Assembly (NCBI GenBank): GCA_964400735.1 | Contig: CAYNVQ010000004.1 | Location: forward strand, 315,042 to 379,041 | DNA length: 64,000 bases | DNA from: an uncultured Eubacteriales bacterium | GTDB taxonomy: Bacteria > Acidobacteriota > Aminicenantia > Aminicenantales > Aminicenantaceae | Direction of reading: 5' to 3' | Shown here: piece after piece, positions 54,938 to 63,182 of the stretch | Numbering within the stretch: position 1 is the stretch's first letter | Layout of the letters: each line of letters opens with the position of its first letter | Position numbers and translations under genes: made by a program | The notes under the pieces: model-generated | What the model saw: only the letters and a program-made list of their open reading frames with translations | Databases searched by the model: none | Told to the model about the DNA's origin: nothing

Positions 54938-56326
54938 ATGCTCCACCAGGAGCATCAAAGAGAGTGGATGCTTATGAGAGAAGAAAAAGACGGAGAGAAA
55001 ATCTCCATCATCAAACAGATCGTAACAAAATTGAAAGATGAGAATCTAGCCCCCTGGAAAGTGGAAGAAGAGCTGGGGAATGTTTACGGTATCGAGCCTG
55101 GGCAGATGTACACTATGGCGGCTCTTTGCCGCCAGCGATTTGTGGAGGATTTAACAGGAGAGAAATTCCGATATATCATCGTTCCGGACCGGGCCTACAA
55201 ACAGGGTTTTCTTTGTGAAAAGGAAGGTCTGAGGTGGGAGCTGGATGCCAGAGACGAAAGCCGCACATGTTCGCTCTGTGGCTCTGATTTGAAGCCTTTG
55301 GCTCAATATGCTCCCCTGGTGGCGAATTATATCGGAGGAACAGAAGCCTATTTTTCCTATGCCGGACAAATCGACGTCAAAGGCGACGTTCAGAAAAAAT
55401 TCACCAATCTTCTCGTTTACGGAACAGGGCTGGGCCCCATCGGAGTGACCAGAGGGTGCTATTTGTTGAATAAACTGGGCGGAGCCGAAGTAAGGGTGAC
55501 CGAGTTGGCGCGGGCCGCCCGTTGCCTGGGATTCATTCTGGGGTCGGAAAATGCGCGAAGAAAGGCCATTGAGTGTATCCAGGCATTTTTACCCCAGGCC
55601 AGGAAAAAGATGCAGGAAGAGATGTCCGAGTTCGACGGCCAGATCAGTACGGTTGATTTTGATCAGGCCGAAACAGAAAGAGGATTTATTCTTTATGTGG
55701 AGTTTGTGGCCGATTTTCTCAATTTTCGCGGACATGGAGATATCAGCCGTGCTGTAGGTTCGATAAAGAAAGAGATAGAGCAGCGACTTCGGACCCAGGG
55801 CATCGAGTACAGCCTCAGTGTGATCGCTCAGGGACATGACGGGGACCTCAAACCCAGCCCCCAGAACAAAAGGGGGCGGTTCGTGTCGGCTCAACTTCGG
55901 ATTCCGGCTTCTGAGTTTAAAGGACTGCTGAAGGTCGAGCCGGAAAAATTTCTCTCTTCCGTGGAGGTCGATGGCGTGGGGGCTCGAAGACTAGGCTGCC
56001 AATTTTATTCAGGAATGGGAGGTGAAATCATTCCTGCGGTTTACAAGGCCACCAAGGTCAATCCTCATAGCCCTTTGGTTTCTTGTTTTCAGAATATTCA
56101 TTGTGGAATAGAGGGAGGAGATGTCCTCTATAGGGTAGAGCTGCCCAATGTAGAGGTGGGAGTCGTATCCTGCCGCGAAGGTCTGGTGTCACCCGTTGGC
56201 AGGGAGGCGATGCGGATTATGGGCATCCATACGGCCATAGAATTCACGGTTTCGGTGGCGGCCCAAGTACTGGCTGGAGAATTCAATCTAGCCCTGGAAA
56301 TATCGAGAGAGAAATTGTACAACTGA
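54938..56326 (+). CDS. divergent HMG-CoA-reductase-fold protein with non-canonical active-site motifs
   Basis: Segments align by eye with HMGR motifs:
- ANYIGG...AG...TRGCYLLNKLGG versus ENVIG...AGP...NRGCRAIGLGG.
- LYVEF...RGHGDISRA versus LYIRF...AMGMNMISKG.
- GDLKPSPQNKRGRFVSAQLRIPA versus [26 protein letters not shown].
- LPNVEVGVVSCRE versus MPSIEIGTVGGGT.
- VLAGEFNLAL versus VMAGELSLMA. Confidence 0.5.
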   Translation: MLHQEHQREWMLMREEKDGEKISIIKQIVTKLKDENLAPWKVEEELGNVYGIEPGQMYTMAALCRQRFVEDLTGEKFRYIIVPDRAYKQGFLCEKEGLRWELDARDESRTCSLCGSDLKPLAQYAPLVANYIGGTEAYFSYAGQIDVKGDVQKKFTNLLVYGTGLGPIGVTRGCYLLNKLGGAEVRVTELARAARCLGFILGSENARRKAIECIQAFLPQARKKMQEEMSEFDGQISTVDFDQAETERGFILYVEFVADFLNFRGHGDISRAVGSIKKEIEQRLRTQGIEYSLSVIAQGHDGDLKPSPQNKRGRFVSAQLRIPASEFKGLLKVEPEKFLSSVEVDGVGARRLGCQFYSGMGGEIIPAVYKATKVNPHSPLVSCFQNIHCGIEGGDVLYRVELPNVEVGVVSCREGLVSPVGREAMRIMGIHTAIEFTVSVAAQVLAGEFNLALEISREKLYN

Positions 56327-56375
56327 TTAGCCTGATTAATCTGGTGTAATTGAATATAGGATGGTTGAGTAGAAA

Positions 56376-57023
56376 ATGACGAAGGACAGGCCCGACCATC
56401 GCTCGATGGACATCCCTGCCCTATTGAAAAACCTGGGTTATCTCAAGAAGCTAAAAAAGGGAGAGATCCTTTTCACCCCGAATCAGGCTGCCGCTGGATT
56501 CTACTATGTTCTATCCGGAGAGATACGCGTGTACAAGATGGATGAACAGGGCAGGGAAGTGGAAGTGGTCCGAGTGGGACCCGGCGGATTTCTCGGAGAA
56601 GCCATCGTTTTTGCCTTACCGATGTTTACGGCTTTTGCCCAGGCCGTGAAAGATTCTCAGGGGCTGTTTTTTGATAAAAAAGAAATCGACAAAGAAATCG
56701 AGGCCAATCCTGGCCTCGCCAAATTTTTTATAACTCTGATGGCCCACAAGTGTGTGGTTTTAAGCAACAGGATCGAATCGCTGGAGCTCAGGACGGTTCG
56801 TCAGAGACTGATTCAATACCTTCTCACCCGTTGTTCAGGAGATAATAGATGTCTGGTGGAGTTAAAGATCAAAAAGACGGAGTTGGCCAAGATTTTAGGC
56901 ACAATCAGCGAGACCTTATCGCGCAACCTGAAACAGATGCAGGATGAAGGATTGATCGAGGTCAGAGGAAATAAAATCCTCGTCAAAAATTGCCCCTCCC
57001 TAAGAAACGAACTCACTCGTTAA
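56376..57023 (+). CDS. Crp/Fnr-family transcriptional regulator (HcpR-like context)
   Basis: The cNMP-binding-type beta-barrel is FYYVLSGEIRVYKMDEQGREVEVVRVGPGGFLGEA. The C-terminal HTH is KTELAKILGTISETLSRNLKQMQDEGLI. No N-terminal Fnr-type cysteine cluster is present. Confidence 0.85.
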   Translation: MTKDRPDHRSMDIPALLKNLGYLKKLKKGEILFTPNQAAAGFYYVLSGEIRVYKMDEQGREVEVVRVGPGGFLGEAIVFALPMFTAFAQAVKDSQGLFFDKKEIDKEIEANPGLAKFFITLMAHKCVVLSNRIESLELRTVRQRLIQYLLTRCSGDNRCLVELKIKKTELAKILGTISETLSRNLKQMQDEGLIEVRGNKILVKNCPSLRNELTR

Positions 57024-57038
57024 TCCCAAAAAATCTTT

Positions 57039-57052
57039 TTGACTTAAGTCAA
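57039..57052. promoter_or_regulatory. perfect FNR/CRP-type palindrome TTGACTTAAGTCAA upstream of the ferredoxin gene
   Basis: The sequence is TTGAC-N4-GTCAA, centred between 57045 and 57046. A TATTAT hexamer lies at 57075-57080. That places the box at about -41.5, which is class II activation geometry. A Crp/Fnr gene lies immediately upstream. Confidence 0.6.
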
Positions 57053-57116
57053 GGTAAATGTTTCCCTGCCTGATTATTATTATCATGGAGCTTGAAATCT
57101 TAGAGAGGAGAAAAAG

Positions 57117-57956
57117 ATGGCTAATAGACAAATTATCGAGATCGACAGGGAGAAATGCGACGGATGCGGGTTGTGCACAGAAGCCTGTGCCGAGGGCGCT
57201 CTGATGCTGGATGAGGAAGGCAAGGTTGTTTTGGCGAAGGAAATTTATTGTGACGGCATGGGAGCCTGTTTGGATGTCTGCCCGACTGGAGCCTTGAAGA
57301 TTATAGAGAGAGAAGGGGAAGCGTACGATGCCCAAAAAACCTATCGCCATGTATTAAAGACCCGGGGCAGAGAGGCAGCAGAAAACGTGCACGGGATCCA
57401 TTCGAGGGTGGATTCCCGGCATCTTCGGGAAGAAGGCCAGCAGAGTTCGATTCCACCCTTGGCCTGTGGTTGTCCGGGAAGCATGGCCCAGGAAATCAAA
57501 AAGCCGGCTTCTCCTCAGGATGGAATAACCATATCCGGTTCTTCCGAGTTGAGCCAGTGGCCGATCCAGATGCATCTGGTCTCTCCCTACGCCCCTTATT
57601 TCGATCACAGCGATCTTCTGATTGCCGCCGACTGCACAGCTTTTGCACTGGGGAGTTTTCATCAGGATCTCTTGAAGGGGAAAAAATTGGTCATTGCCTG
57701 TCCCAAACTGGATGATACCGCAGGGTATGTTGAAAAGATGGCTGAGATTCTTAAAAATAACACAGTCTATTCGCTCACGGTGGCGACGATGGTGGTTCCC
57801 TGTTGTTCCGGGCTGGCCCGGATGGCGGAAAAAGCCGTGGAGATGTCCGGGATTGGTGTCCCCATAAAGAAGATCGTCATCGGCATCGATGGAGAAGTCA
57901 TGGCCGAGAAAAGACAGCCGGAACGAAAGGTTCCGTCAGGGCCGGTCCTCTCCTGA
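57117..57956 (+). CDS. 2x[4Fe-4S] ferredoxin-domain protein with a cysteine-containing C-terminal domain (FrdX-like)
   Basis: CDGCGLCTEACAEG and CDGMGACLDVCPTG are cluster motifs. Further Cys motifs are LACGCPGS, AADCTAF, IACPKLDD and VVPCCSGL. Confidence 0.8.
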   Translation: MANRQIIEIDREKCDGCGLCTEACAEGALMLDEEGKVVLAKEIYCDGMGACLDVCPTGALKIIEREGEAYDAQKTYRHVLKTRGREAAENVHGIHSRVDSRHLREEGQQSSIPPLACGCPGSMAQEIKKPASPQDGITISGSSELSQWPIQMHLVSPYAPYFDHSDLLIAADCTAFALGSFHQDLLKGKKLVIACPKLDDTAGYVEKMAEILKNNTVYSLTVATMVVPCCSGLARMAEKAVEMSGIGVPIKKIVIGIDGEVMAEKRQPERKVPSGPVLS

Positions 57957-57970
57957 TCCAGGGCAGTAAA

Positions 57971-58069
57971 GCTGGTCTGGATTAGGTTGGGTCGGAGTCT
58001 TCAATGCCGCTCCGACATTTCCCTGCATCTTGATTTGCATTTAATTTCCTGTCACTTTGGGATAAAACC
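57971..58069 (+). repeat. intergenic repeat family B, copy B2
   Basis: See B1. The 3' two-thirds also match 35636-35705 on the reverse strand: TTCAATnCCGCTCCGnCATTnCC.TGCA...GCATTTAATTTCC..GACTTTGGG. Confidence 0.8.
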
Positions 58070-58181
58070 AAAAAAGAAGAGAACCAGTTTGAAATCGTCC
58101 GGCTGACGAAACTTTTGTTGGCAATGATACGTATACTTACATGACAATAGGATTATCGAATTCTATAGAAAGGAGATATCT

Positions 58182-58574
58182 ATGAAAAAGGCATTATCAT
58201 CTCTTACCTTACTCGCTTTTTTGATAGGCTTAGGCGCTGCACTCTCCTATGGCCAAGATGTTGATCTGACCGGTACCTGGAGGGGATCCACCGAGGTCCC
58301 TGATCAAGGGACGGATGAGATGACCCTGGTGATTAAAAAGGAAAATGGTGAATTAAGCGGAACGGTTACTGACAGCTTCGGCATGATGATGGATACAGAA
58401 TGTGAGGAAATGGAATACAAAGATGGAACGCTTACCTTCAACTTTACTATCTTTATGGGATCAGAATCGATGACTGTCTGGATCAATCTCACGGTAGAGG
58501 GCGATGAGATGAACGGATACTGGGAAGTGGCTGACGGGAGTCAGGGGGATATCCATTTCGAAAAAGAGAAATAG
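58182..58574 (+). CDS. small exported protein
   Basis: It has a strong RBS (AAAGGAGA) and a signal peptide (LIGLGAALSYG). It is 130 aa and beta-rich. Confidence 0.55.
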   Translation: MKKALSSLTLLAFLIGLGAALSYGQDVDLTGTWRGSTEVPDQGTDEMTLVIKKENGELSGTVTDSFGMMMDTECEEMEYKDGTLTFNFTIFMGSESMTVWINLTVEGDEMNGYWEVADGSQGDIHFEKEK

Positions 58575-58941
58575 CCCCAGTTGAAAGTTATATAGATATA
58601 GGCCGGGCTCCCCGTTAAATCATTGAAATTTCTATAATATTTTATTCCTTGTATTAGAGTTATCCGTTGGAATTTTTGTCCTAATGTCAATGCATTGATT
58701 AATGTTACATAGTCATGGCAAGTGACCAAAGGGAATATGGCTGTCTTTGAGATTGCTTCGCTCTGCTCGAACGATGGATCGCCAAGTCGTTTCACTCCTC
58801 GTGATGAGACAGGAATTAGACAGAAATAAATACATTGGTAATAGCTGATTGTACCGGCATTTTTCATGGTTAATTCATTCTAAACAGTTGAGAATTGAGA
58901 TTTCTCAAAGATAAAAAAAAATGGGGGAGTGTAATCGAGTT

Positions 58942-60024
58942 ATGAGAAAAAAGAGCAGGATACTCCGTTTTCTTCTCTTCTTTTGCTTAAGCATGGGTCT
59001 AGTTTGGCCTCAGAACAAGATCGAGCTGAGCATACAAAAAGTTCTGGAGATTGGCCGGGATAGTCTTATGTTCGGTTCAATTGCCTCTGTCGTCGAAGAT
59101 GAAGAGTCCAATTTTTATATCCTGGACAGGATGGAACACAAAGTTTACAAATTCTCGCCCGATGGGAAACTTCTCCTTTCTTTCGGGCGAAAAGGACAGG
59201 GACCGGGGGATTTTCAAAATCCTCACCTGCTCGCTTATTCTTCCAAAAGACAGCTCGTTGTCGCCGATGATCTTTACAATCTGTCATTCTTGAACCCGGA
59301 TGGATCATTTATCGAGCGGATCCATCTGGACGGCCGTCTTGGTATCGGTTACATCGGGGAGGACCGGTTTTATGGCTGGGATTGGGAGGAGCAGGGCCGA
59401 AGCCAGGTCATGGTCGACAGCCGGAACGACATCATCGAGACTTTTTTCCATGTTTCGAGAGAGGCATTTTCCGCATCTGCTCCCGATAGCAGCGGCCGGT
59501 TGGTCATGTTCAATTATTCCCGGGAAGAATTTTCCCCTTCGCTCATTTTTGCCCATTCTGGCTCATATTCTGCCGTGGGAATTGGAGATACCTATGACAT
59601 TTCTATCCTGGATGGACAGGGAAAGACCGTTGTCCGAATAAAGAGGGATATCGAAGCTGAAGATTTCAGCAAGAATGAAAAGCAATTTTTTGAAGAGGAT
59701 ATAGAAGAATACGGAAAGGAGCGCGGCTGGCCCAAAAGTGTCATCCGGGCCCTTCTAAAAAAAATTCCGGATAAAAAAATTTATTTTGACCAGGTTTTAT
59801 TGACAGAGAAGTATGTGTTCGTCTTCAGAATCAAAAAGAATATAGCGGACGATGAAGGCCATATTCCGGCGGATCTTTTCACGATAGACGGAAAATTCCT
59901 GGGTGACGTCACAGTTGAGGAAAAGCCTGTTCATATATCGGACAAACACATGTATTTTGTCCGGTCGGATGAGGAAGGGAATGTGTTCTTGGAAAAGGCG
60001 ACCTATCAGATCGGCCTGAAATGA
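58942..60024 (+). CDS. exported 6-bladed beta-propeller (NHL/TolB-like) protein
   Basis: A signal peptide follows ATG 58942 (MRKKSRILRFLLFFCLSMG). GRKGQGPGDFQNPHLL is an NHL-like motif. An alternative start is ATG 58921. Confidence 0.6.
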   Translation: MRKKSRILRFLLFFCLSMGLVWPQNKIELSIQKVLEIGRDSLMFGSIASVVEDEESNFYILDRMEHKVYKFSPDGKLLLSFGRKGQGPGDFQNPHLLAYSSKRQLVVADDLYNLSFLNPDGSFIERIHLDGRLGIGYIGEDRFYGWDWEEQGRSQVMVDSRNDIIETFFHVSREAFSASAPDSSGRLVMFNYSREEFSPSLIFAHSGSYSAVGIGDTYDISILDGQGKTVVRIKRDIEAEDFSKNEKQFFEEDIEEYGKERGWPKSVIRALLKKIPDKKIYFDQVLLTEKYVFVFRIKKNIADDEGHIPADLFTIDGKFLGDVTVEEKPVHISDKHMYFVRSDEEGNVFLEKATYQIGLK

Positions 60025-60154
60025 TGGGTGAGCTTCGTCGGTATGGAGGCGCCGCCTAAATGACGTGGTATCACCATATTTACCCAATATTCTTGTGTGA
60101 CAAAGAGTTCGGGAATATTTGACAATAAATTTTTCAATATGCTATAAGCGCATT

Positions 60155-61675
60155 GTGAAACGTCGGTCTTGTTTTTTTATCCTGTTCGCTCTTTTTTTCT
60201 TCAATTCTCTTCTTTTTTCAGAAACAATTGTTATTCTCCATTCCAATGATACGCATGGGATCTATAAACCCTACAGAATCAAAACGGATGAGGGGGAAAG
60301 ATGGGTGGGAGGGATGGAGGCGTGCTGTCATTATTTAAGCGCTATCAGAGAGAAAGAAGATCACGTCCTCTTCATAGACACCGGCGATATAATGACCGGT
60401 ACTTTGGCCACGGAACTGGAATACAAAGGTGTGACCGGCGGGTTTATGATCGAGTTCCTCAACAGACTGCACTGTGATATCTGGTGTTTCGGAAATCACG
60501 AATTCGATTTGGGGCTGGAGAACGCACTGGGGCTTTCCCGGTTGGCCGAGTTCCCCACGGTCATGGCCAATATCGTGTATAAAAAAACGGGAAAGCCGAT
60601 TCCTGTAAAGTCCTCCCATATCTTTAACGCTGGAAAAATAAGAGTGGGAGTAACAGCTGTTATGCAAGAGGCTTTTTTGGTAGAAGTTATGAGAGAACGC
60701 ATTGAGGATCTGGACGTCCTCCCTGTGGTAGCCACACTGCGGTCCAAAATTCAGGAAATGGATAGAACAACTGATCTGATTGTCGTGATCTACCACGGGA
60801 GATTTCATGATGCGGTCAAAATTGCGGCGAATGTCCAGGGGATCGATATCTTGCTCGTCGCCTCGGAGGAGGGACGATTTGAGATTATCGATGGAACTCT
60901 GGTCCAGTCGACCTTCGGTCATCAGAAAAGTCTGGGGTATCTAAAGGTCGAGGTGGGAAACGATCGAGTCCGGGATCACGAGAATAGACAAATCTGGCTG
61001 TGGGACGATGGCCATTTGAATCCTTCCCCGTCCATAAAAGCCTTGGTCGAAAAAGTGGATGAGGCCATAGGATTGGAGTATGCCAAAGTTATTGGGAAAT
61101 CCACCAGAGACCATCTGAAGGGAAAGAATTCCGGTGAAAGTGCCCTGGGAGATTGGATCACGGACGTCATGCGCTGGAAGACAGGAGCTGAAATCGCTTT
61201 TCAAAACACGGGGGGGATCAGGGACGATATCTTAGCCGGTCCGATCACCAAAGGAGATGTTTTCGAAGTGTCTCCTTTCCGGAACACTTTGGTCATGTTC
61301 GAGCTGACAGGACAAGAAATAAAAGATTTGCTCGAACACGATGTCGAGAAAGCCTGGGATCAACTTCAAGTATCCGGTTTGAAATATTGCTTTTATGCGA
61401 GGAATAAGAAACCGGTGGGCGAAAGGATTGTCGATGTGGAAATAGACGGGGAAATTCTGGTTAAAAACGGCGAAGTCATCCATCCAAACAAGCTATACAG
61501 CATAGTGAGCAACAATTATTTAGTTGGCCAGGCCAAAGAAAAATACTTCGGATTTCCTGTACAAGGATATAAAGATACGGGGATACTGATCAACCAGGTG
61601 CTTATCGGTTGGCTGGAAAAGCACGGCATTCTCGATTACCAAATCGAGGGAAGAATCCGTCAAGTCAAGAAATAA
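60155..61675 (+). CDS. bifunctional metallophosphatase / 5'-nucleotidase (UshA family)
   Basis: ILHSNDTHG, DTGD and FGNHEFD metallophosphatase motifs are present. The C-terminal 5'-nucleotidase domain reads FQNTGGIRDD and FRNTLV. The likely start is GTG 60155. The ORF-track TTG at 60119 coincides with a TTGACA promoter-like hexamer. Confidence 0.85.
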   Translation: MKRRSCFFILFALFFFNSLLFSETIVILHSNDTHGIYKPYRIKTDEGERWVGGMEACCHYLSAIREKEDHVLFIDTGDIMTGTLATELEYKGVTGGFMIEFLNRLHCDIWCFGNHEFDLGLENALGLSRLAEFPTVMANIVYKKTGKPIPVKSSHIFNAGKIRVGVTAVMQEAFLVEVMRERIEDLDVLPVVATLRSKIQEMDRTTDLIVVIYHGRFHDAVKIAANVQGIDILLVASEEGRFEIIDGTLVQSTFGHQKSLGYLKVEVGNDRVRDHENRQIWLWDDGHLNPSPSIKALVEKVDEAIGLEYAKVIGKSTRDHLKGKNSGESALGDWITDVMRWKTGAEIAFQNTGGIRDDILAGPITKGDVFEVSPFRNTLVMFELTGQEIKDLLEHDVEKAWDQLQVSGLKYCFYARNKKPVGERIVDVEIDGEILVKNGEVIHPNKLYSIVSNNYLVGQAKEKYFGFPVQGYKDTGILINQVLIGWLEKHGILDYQIEGRIRQVKK

Positions 61676-61784
61676 TCGAGCCCTCGTCCAGCATTGGCTA
61701 AGTTGAATTCTTCCTGTGGCGAAAAGGGAATAAGCCCATCGATTACTAGGCATGGACTGAAAATTTTAAAATAAGGAGAAAATC

Positions 61785-63131
61785 ATGAGCTTCAATAAGG
61801 TGCGGAATTTCTTTCTGGTGATAATTCTATCGATCCTGTCCTTACAGAATGCTCTATTTTCTCAAAGAGTAGGATTTTCCAAGGACGAATTGGCCAGGAG
61901 AAGAACGGCGCTGATGGACCGGTTAGAGCAGGGGATGGTCATCTTATTCGGAGAATGTCTGCCTCAGGCGGGTGCCCATTTTCGTCAGGACAACGACTTT
62001 TATTATTTTTCGGGAATCGAGGATGTGGGGGCCATTTTGGTCATGGTCCCCAGGACCAAGGAGTCTTTTTTGTTTCTGCCCAGGCAAACGCCCAGGGAGA
62101 TTATGATCGAAGGGGCAAATCTTTTAAAAAATGAGGAGGGCGCTCAACAGGCTGGATTCACCGCCATTCATCCGGTGAGTTATTTCGATGAATTCATCGC
62201 CAGGAATGCCCGAACTTATGGATTGACCTTTCATCTGCGGCTTTCTCCTCGCGATACCATCGACAACGCCCGGTGGGAAACCTTGATCTTCGAAGGGCGG
62301 AAAAACAGGAGCCACTACAATGACCAGGTCTCGATCGACAACTACCGGATCCGGAAGCTCAAAGAACGCTACCCGATGATCGCTTTCAATGATATTACCT
62401 CCTTGATCGATGAGATGCGGCTGATCAAATCGGCCGAGGAAATCGAAATCTTGCGGCGAAATGGGAAGATATCGGCAGAGGCCGTGAAGCAGGCCATCCT
62501 GGCGACCAGGCCCAGCGTTTTCGAATATCAGATCGAAGCAGCGGCCATGCATGTTATTCTGCACAACGGAGCCAAAGGGGCAGCCTATCCTCCCATTGTG
62601 GGATCAGGCCCCAATTCTTGCACCTGGCATTACAGCGAAAATTCGAGAAAGGTTAAGGAGGGCGATCTGGTGCTCATGGATTTCGGGGCCGACCTCGATT
62701 ATCTCTGCATGGATATCACCCGGACCTGGCCCGTATCGGGCAAATTCACGACCGAACAGAGGGAAGTCTACGCCATCGTGCTGGCGGTCCAGAAAGCCTG
62801 TATCGAGGCCTATCGGCCCGGAGTGACCGCAGAGGAGGTGCAAGATCATGTGGCTCGGGTCATGCAGGAGAAAGGGATGGACCCCAGGGGGCTGAAAGGG
62901 GGAATAGGCCACTATGTGGGGATGTGTGTCCATGATGTGGGGCCCCGCGGTGTCCCTTTAAAGGAAGGCATGGTCTTTGCCATCGAGCCGGCCCTTTACT
63001 ACCCTGATAAAAATATCGGCATCCGCATCGAGGATACGGTCCTCATCACCAGGGATGGATGCGAAGTTCTGTCCAAGGACGTACCCAAAGAAATCGAAGA
63101 GATCGAGAGATTGATGGCGGGAAAAAGGTAG
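61785..63131 (+). CDS. exported M24-family Xaa-Pro aminopeptidase
   Basis: The RBS is AAGGAGA and a signal peptide is present. The N-terminal AMP_N-like domain reads FRQDNDFYYFSG. Metal-ligand motifs are LMDFGADLDYLCMDITR, HYVGMCVHD, FAIEP and IRIEDT. Confidence 0.85.
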   Translation: MSFNKVRNFFLVIILSILSLQNALFSQRVGFSKDELARRRTALMDRLEQGMVILFGECLPQAGAHFRQDNDFYYFSGIEDVGAILVMVPRTKESFLFLPRQTPREIMIEGANLLKNEEGAQQAGFTAIHPVSYFDEFIARNARTYGLTFHLRLSPRDTIDNARWETLIFEGRKNRSHYNDQVSIDNYRIRKLKERYPMIAFNDITSLIDEMRLIKSAEEIEILRRNGKISAEAVKQAILATRPSVFEYQIEAAAMHVILHNGAKGAAYPPIVGSGPNSCTWHYSENSRKVKEGDLVLMDFGADLDYLCMDITRTWPVSGKFTTEQREVYAIVLAVQKACIEAYRPGVTAEEVQDHVARVMQEKGMDPRGLKGGIGHYVGMCVHDVGPRGVPLKEGMVFAIEPALYYPDKNIGIRIEDTVLITRDGCEVLSKDVPKEIEEIERLMAGKR

Positions 63132-63182
63132 CTTTTTCCTGCGTTAGAGCTCAAGACGGTTAGGTATCCAGGTGGCCGCAGA

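Noticed and set aside
58541-58867. A 108-aa minus-strand ORF in the AT-rich gap.
   Set aside because: It overlaps the 3' end of the well-supported 58182-58574 gene, has no RBS and shows no recognisable domain. It spans repeat fragments.
60119-60154. The TTG start at 60119 for the 5'-nucleotidase gene.
   Set aside because: The TTG is part of a TTGACA hexamer followed 18 nt later by TATAAG, a promoter-like pair. The signal peptide begins at the in-frame GTG at 60155. The promoter call would imply a near-leaderless transcript, so I did not list it as a feature.
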